A stretch of 64,000 nucleotides of DNA from positions 1-64,000 of the forward strand of contig DASCPX010000070.1 of NCBI GenBank assembly GCA_036012755.1, in the 5' to 3' direction. The number at the start of each line of letters is the position of its first letter. Position 1 is the first letter of the stretch. Positions 63,637 through 64,000 of this stretch are shown here, piece by piece. The position numbers and the translations under genes were made by a program. Origin of the DNA: Myxococcota bacterium. GTDB lineage: Bacteria > Myxococcota_A > UBA796 > CAJQPC01. The notes under the pieces are model-generated. The model saw only the letters and a program-made list of their open reading frames with translations, was not told the DNA's origin and made no database searches.

Positions 63637-64000
63637 TTGGGCTATCACGCCATCATCACTGGAGCGTCCGCCGGCATCGGCGCGGCGCTGGCACACGAGC
63701 TCAGCAGGAGCGGCTACAGCGTGGGGCTGATCGCCCGCCGCGAGGCGAAGCTGGCGGAGGTCGTGGACTCGGTCCGGGGCTCCGGTGGGGTCGCCGAGTA
63801 CGCCGTCGCCGACGTGACCGATCGAGAAGCTCTCACGGCGGCGGTGCGCCAGCTCGAGGACAAGCTCGGTCCTTGCGAGCTCATGGTGGCCAACGCCGGG
63901 GTCATCGGCATGCAGTTCGCGGACGAGTTCAAGGCGACGGACGTCACCTGGATCATGGACGTCAACTTCAACGGAGTCGTCCACAGCGTCGAGGCCGTGC
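63637..64000 (+). CDS. Short-chain dehydrogenase/reductase, partial
   Basis: Not in the ORF track. TTG after GGAGG; IITGASAGIG, ADVTD, VANAG and DVNFNG. Confidence 0.9.
   Translation, partial: MGYHAIITGASAGIGAALAHELSRSGYSVGLIARREAKLAEVVDSVRGSGGVAEYAVADVTDREALTAAVRQLEDKLGPCELMVANAGVIGMQFADEFKATDVTWIMDVNFNGVVHSVEAV

Overview
A high-GC, gene-dense bacterial window. The gene content (Hanks kinases, TSP3/VWA/FG-GAP lipoproteins, a MYXO-CTERM-like tail, a TPR-TonB receptor) points to a Myxococcota-like organism; this is inference. Most genes lie on the minus strand in translationally coupled runs. Recognisable housekeeping genes: OmpA-family protein, PLP aminotransferase, a xanthine/CO-dehydrogenase-like trio with a broken large subunit, alpha-glucan phosphorylase, feoAB with twin Fur-like boxes, slyX, M23 peptidase, THUMP methyltransferase and an SDR. 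The most unusual element is a ~15.7 kb coupled cluster (18026-33688). It contains two tandem [response regulator + HPD-less J-like/TPR protein] units, a kinase-ATPase-GAF-PAS-His-kinase hybrid, an intact Hsp90-type GHKL ATPase, and a 1765-aa catalytically dead GHKL paralogue built from about 7 repeated Hsp90-middle-like modules. Other notable items: about 12 lipoproteins with ultra-short, uncharged signal peptides; a four-helix-bundle gene preceded by a purine-rich microsatellite and a ~97-nt hairpin that sequesters its RBS; a 51-bp tandem array; and several frameshifted genes. No rRNA, tRNA or CRISPR array was seen. All family assignments come from motif recognition by eye, not database searches.
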